Below are positions 63,334 to 64,000 of a stretch of 64,000 nt of DNA, piece by piece (position 1 is the first letter of the stretch; each line of letters opens with the position of its first letter). Origin of the DNA: the human T2T-CHM13v2.0 reference genome, Homo sapiens. The translations under genes and the position numbers were made by a program. The stretch lies in NCBI RefSeq assembly GCF_009914755.1, contig NC_060947.1. The stretch is one strand, 5' to 3'. The notes below the pieces were generated by a model, which was given only the letters and a program-made list of their open reading frames with translations, was not told the origin of the DNA and did no database searches.

Positions 63334-63334
63334 C

Positions 63335-63613
63335 TTTTTTTTACCCCGAGTCGCCCAGGCTGAAGGGCCAGTGGAACCATCTTGACTCAATTCAACCTTT
63401 GCCTCCCGGTTTCACATGATTCTCCTGCCTTAGCCACCTGAGTAGCTGGGACTACAGCCACGCGCCACAATGCCCAGCTGATTTTGGCGCTTTTAGTAGA
63501 GACAGAGTTTCACCATGTCAGCCAAGTGGTCTCAAACTCCTGACCTCAGGTGATCCGCCTTCCTTGGCCTCCCAAAGTGCTGGGATTACAAGCATGAGCC
63601 ACTGTGCCCAGCC
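63335..63613 (-). mobile_element. Diverged AluS
   Basis: Reverse Alu; degenerate TSD tagaattaga..aaattct. Confidence 0.93.
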
Positions 63614-63800
63614 CCTAGAATTAGATGATAAATTCTGATCCATTGCTTAAGACTGGTACAATGTTGTCCCATACAAAATTTGGCTTCTAACAGTAAGAGA
63701 GAGAGGAGAAAATGGTTATGAATATTGGGAAAACACAAAAAATGATTCTTAGTATTGTTTATTAGGCCCTTTAATGCTTGCTCTGTCTAGTCACCTTTAA

Positions 63801-64000
<200 letters not shown>

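Overview
AT-rich, CpG-poor primate (very probably human or other catarrhine) non-coding DNA, intergenic or deep intronic. Well over half of it is interspersed repeat: 23 Alus (AluS/AluY types, most with target-site duplications, TSDs), many L1 pieces (L1PB, L1PA7/8-like, L1MA4, L1MB/L1M), L2, MIR, L3, MaLR and ERV LTRs. Two LTR-internal-LTR elements are complete: MLT1C-like at 19406-21666 and MER4A1-like at 29163-35820. I see no credible protein-coding gene, RNA gene, CpG island or CRISPR array. The ORFs with recognisable homology are L1 ORF2 relics or Alu/LTR translations, and the rest look like chance. I found no convincing new biological system. The notable items are mechanistic scars (twin-priming inversion, microhomology-flanked orphan L1 piece, L1 fold-back junction, short 3' transduction, re-used Alu target site, template-switch hairpins), a provirus retaining a full splice/polyA architecture, and two candidate micro-exon or recursive splice sites in unique DNA. 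Repeat subfamily names come from remembered consensus sequences, and boundaries of old repeats are approximate.
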